From Piromyces finnis finn (taxonomy: Eukaryota > Fungi > Neocallimastigomycota), in contig MCFH01000019.1 in NCBI GenBank assembly GCA_002104945.1, positions 682,001 through 746,000 of the forward strand: 64,000 nt of DNA, read 5' to 3'. Numbering within the stretch: position 1 is the stretch's first letter; every line of letters begins with the position of its first letter. Below are positions 60,660-64,000 of this stretch, one piece after another. The notes under the pieces are model-generated. The model was not told the DNA's origin. It worked only from the letters and a program-made list of their open reading frames with translations, and did not search any database. The translations under genes were made by a program, and so were the position numbers.

Positions 60660-63600
60660 TGAAAGAATAGAATTTAGCTAGAACTTAAATTACTAATAAA
60701 AATTTATATTACTAATATTAAACTTTAATTAATAATAAAATTATAATGTAATTACTAATGTAATGTTTCTTAGAATAATCGTAACATATAGTATTACTAA
60801 TTTACATTAGCCACATACTTTAGTATAAAAAGGAATTTGTAAATGTATTATTAAAATCTTTGTAATTACCTTTATTAAATTAAATTTAATAAACATAATA
60901 AATAAACTTTATTAAACCTAAATTTACTTTTCAGATTAAGAGTCTCAATGGCTACCGAATATATTCTTTCTAACCACGGACGTCCACTTAACGGTGACAA
61001 TTTTAGTGCTTGGAAATTAAGAATTACCAGCATCCTCACCGCTTTAAATCTCAAGAATTATTTAGACCAAAATATTACTACTAATGAAATTCAAGATCCA
61101 GGTGAAATCCTAAGAATACAAAAGGAAAATGCAGCTGCTGTATCTATTATACTTAACAATATTGAAGATAAAATCTACCCGCTGATAACCGATACTGATA
61201 CTGCCCACGAACTTATGGAAAACTTAAAAATCCTCTTTGAGCAAGACGAAGATGTAACTTTACAAGAATGGATGAACAAATTAAGAGATATGAAGGTCAA
61301 AAATCACAAAGAAATACTTAGCGTAACTAGTAAAATGATGTCCATATTTAAACAAATGGAGAAGAAAAAGTTACCAATTACTGAACAAAAAAAAATAGAT
61401 TATCTCTTAGGATGTATGCCAAAAGAACTAAAAATCATTTTCATTTCTGGAACCACAACTACTGCAAATGACCTTTATGAAGATATTAAAAATAAATACA
61501 AATTACTCTATCATATAGGAAAAAATAAAGAAATTAGAAATACAAGAAGCTATGATGAAGATATGATGGACATTGACTTAATTAACAATATAATGAAATT
61601 TAACAAGGGCAACAACAATAACTCTAGAATAAGCAAATACTGTCATATATGCAATATGAAAAATCATAATACTAGTGAATGCGGTTATAACACAAAAAAC
61701 AAGAATAGATACAACAAATACAACAATAACAGCAACAACAACAGAAGGAAACTATATCAAAATAACAAAAGAAATTATAATAGAAACAACATCAATTATT
61801 TAAACAAGAAAGAAATGGATGAAATTTTATCAAATGATGGACTTGCCTATATTAATAACATCAATAATAAAGAAAATAATGAGAAATCTTCGAACTCTAC
61901 TACCTGGATATATGACACAGGTGCTTCTGAACACATAACTAATGATAAAAGTATTTTAAGAAATTTTGTTGAACAAAAATTAAAAATGAAGTGTGCCAAC
62001 AATACTACTTGTGAATTTCAGGGATTCGGTACATACGAAGGAAAACTAAATAACCATAACATAACATTAAAAAGGGTTTTATACTCCAAGGATATAGCAC
62101 AAAATCTAATAAGTGGAATAAAATTAGCACAATCACACATAAATTGTGAAATAATTAATAAAAATTTCAAACCACAGTTAATAATCAAATACAATAATAA
62201 AAATATATTTAGAACACATGTCAATAAAAGGAATAATTTCAAAATTAAAACACAAAATAATAATTTCAATGATAAAAAGATATATTGTATCAATGAAAAT
62301 TTATCAAATAATATATGGCACAATAGATTAGGACATTACTATAACAAAAATCTAGAAAATTTTTTAAAGTCACACAAAATTGAAAATAATGAATGCCTAC
62401 ATTGTAAAATATCAAAATTAAATAGAAAACCACACAATGGAATCCCACCCAAAGCGACTAGAAGAAACGAAGTTATTCATTCCGATGTTATGGGACCTTT
62501 ACCACCATCAATAAATCAATATAAATATATTCTAACTTTTATTGACGAAGCTACTAGAAAAGGTTGGGTATTTAATCTAAAAAACAAATCAGATGTTACT
62601 AGTACGACTATCAATTTTATTAAATTAATCAACAATAACTACCAAAATGAAAAAATTAAAATCTTTAAGTCTGATAATGGAAAAGAATACAATAATAAAA
62701 AATTATTAAATTTTTGTAAACGAAATGGTATTAAGAAAGAATTTTCCCCACCTTACAATCCTCAAAACAATGGGATAGCTGAACGTTTCAACAGAACTAT
62801 TACATCGTGCGTTAAAACAATTTTGTTTTGGGCAAAACTTAGTTTAAACTTTTGGGAATATGCAGTAAAACATGCTGTATATATTTATAATATAATACCA
62901 CACAGTTGTATTTCCAATAAAATTCCTAATGAAATATACTTCAATAAAAAGATAAATCTAAACTATTTAAAAACTTTTGGTTGCATTGCATACTATAAGA
63001 ATTTCAACCAAAACAAAAGAAAATTTGATATCAACTCCAGAAAAGGAATTTACTTAGGATTTAATAATAATACTCACTGTTTTATAATTATGGATTTCTA
63101 CGATCATAATATACATTTAGTAAGAGAAGCAATTTTCATAGAAGAAAAACCAGGCAATCTCAAAATTGTATCCGGCAACAATCCTGGTTACTCTAATATT
63201 TCAAAAACAAAAATTTCTAATGGTACAATGGTATATAAACATGATCAGGAATCTAACTATGAGGAGATCGATACCAACCACTATCCTACCATAATGAAAA
63301 TAGTGATGATGGTTACACAGAAGAAATTTTTCAAGATGAAAATAATCTTAACAATTATGAAAATGATGTAATTATTCAAAATAAAAAATTAGTTACCGAG
63401 AATTCCAACAAAGATAATAATGAAAATATCAGCAATAACAATAATAAAAGACCACTTTCACCTACTGAAGATACACATATTAGCAAATATAGAATTACAA
63501 ATACAACTGAAGAAGAAAATATTTCCGAAAATATTGTAAACAACACTATTTATAATATTGACAATAACGATAAAAATTCTGAATGTAACACATTATTTTC

Positions 63601-64000
63601 TATTAATACTGAGGTTCCACTTACTTTCAATGATATATTTAAAAGAGAAGATTGGAAAGAATGGAGACGCGCTATTAGAAATGAACTTTTTAATCTATAC
63701 AATAATAAAGTTATGATATTTACCAAAAATATTCCAGAAAATACAAATGTTATCTCTACAAAATGGGTTTTTAACATAAAACGTGATTCGAACAATAAAA
63801 TTTCAACATATAAAGCTAGACTTGTTGCTAGAGGATACAAACAAAAATACGGAATTGATTATGACAATATCTACTCACCTACATTAGACATTGTTTGCAT
63901 TAGACTCATTCTATCTTTAGCTGCAAAATTTAAATGGAACACCTACCAACTAGATATTAAGGCCGCGTATTTAAATGCTCCATTAGACAAAAATGTTTAT
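60660..64000 (+). mobile_element. Ty1/copia element 'copia-2', 5' part (runs off the right edge)
   Basis: 5' LTR 60660-60933 (TGAAA...TTTCA; left boundary inferred from the inverted termini only); PBS 60934-60947 abuts the ATG at 60948. Confidence 0.85.
60948..64000 (+). CDS. copia-2 gag-pol, partial; frameshift between ~63262 and 63371 in the IN-RT linker
   Basis: CHICNMKNHNTSEC, WIYDTGASEH, IHSDVMGP. The alternative frame is open to the window end and encodes KWVF...KARLVARG...QLDIKAAYLNA. Confidence 0.88.

Overview
Extremely AT-rich, intron-containing eukaryotic DNA. The composition, GT-AG micro-introns and solute-binding-protein/7TM receptor genes point to an anaerobic gut fungus (Neocallimastigomycota); this is inferred, not shown. 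The window holds five LTR retrotransposons: two Ty3-like gypsy elements with tRNA-Ala PBS and -1 frameshift signals, one self-priming chromovirus, and two copia elements with an internal tRNA-Lys(CUU)-fragment PBS. It also holds solo LTRs, two tRNA-derived SINE subfamilies, four SBP-7TM receptor genes on a ~16.84-kb-period segmental duplication, and a ~1,600-aa intronless bacterial-type TerD-domain gene with one frameshift. The main unexplained signal lies at 33.9-40.6 kb: 17 copies of a covarying multi-bulged hairpin motif in four clusters of 3, 4, 4 and 6 units. Their bulges mostly alternate between complementary GAC and GUC, and each cluster is preceded by a bipartite element with two TATACC cores exactly 37 bp apart. 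This is a candidate undescribed structured-RNA system. A second notable signal is two different gypsy elements stacked at the same GATA target, inside the upstream TSD of a SINE, consistent with Ty3-like Pol III targeting. All alignments and folds were done by eye; no searches or folding programs were run.
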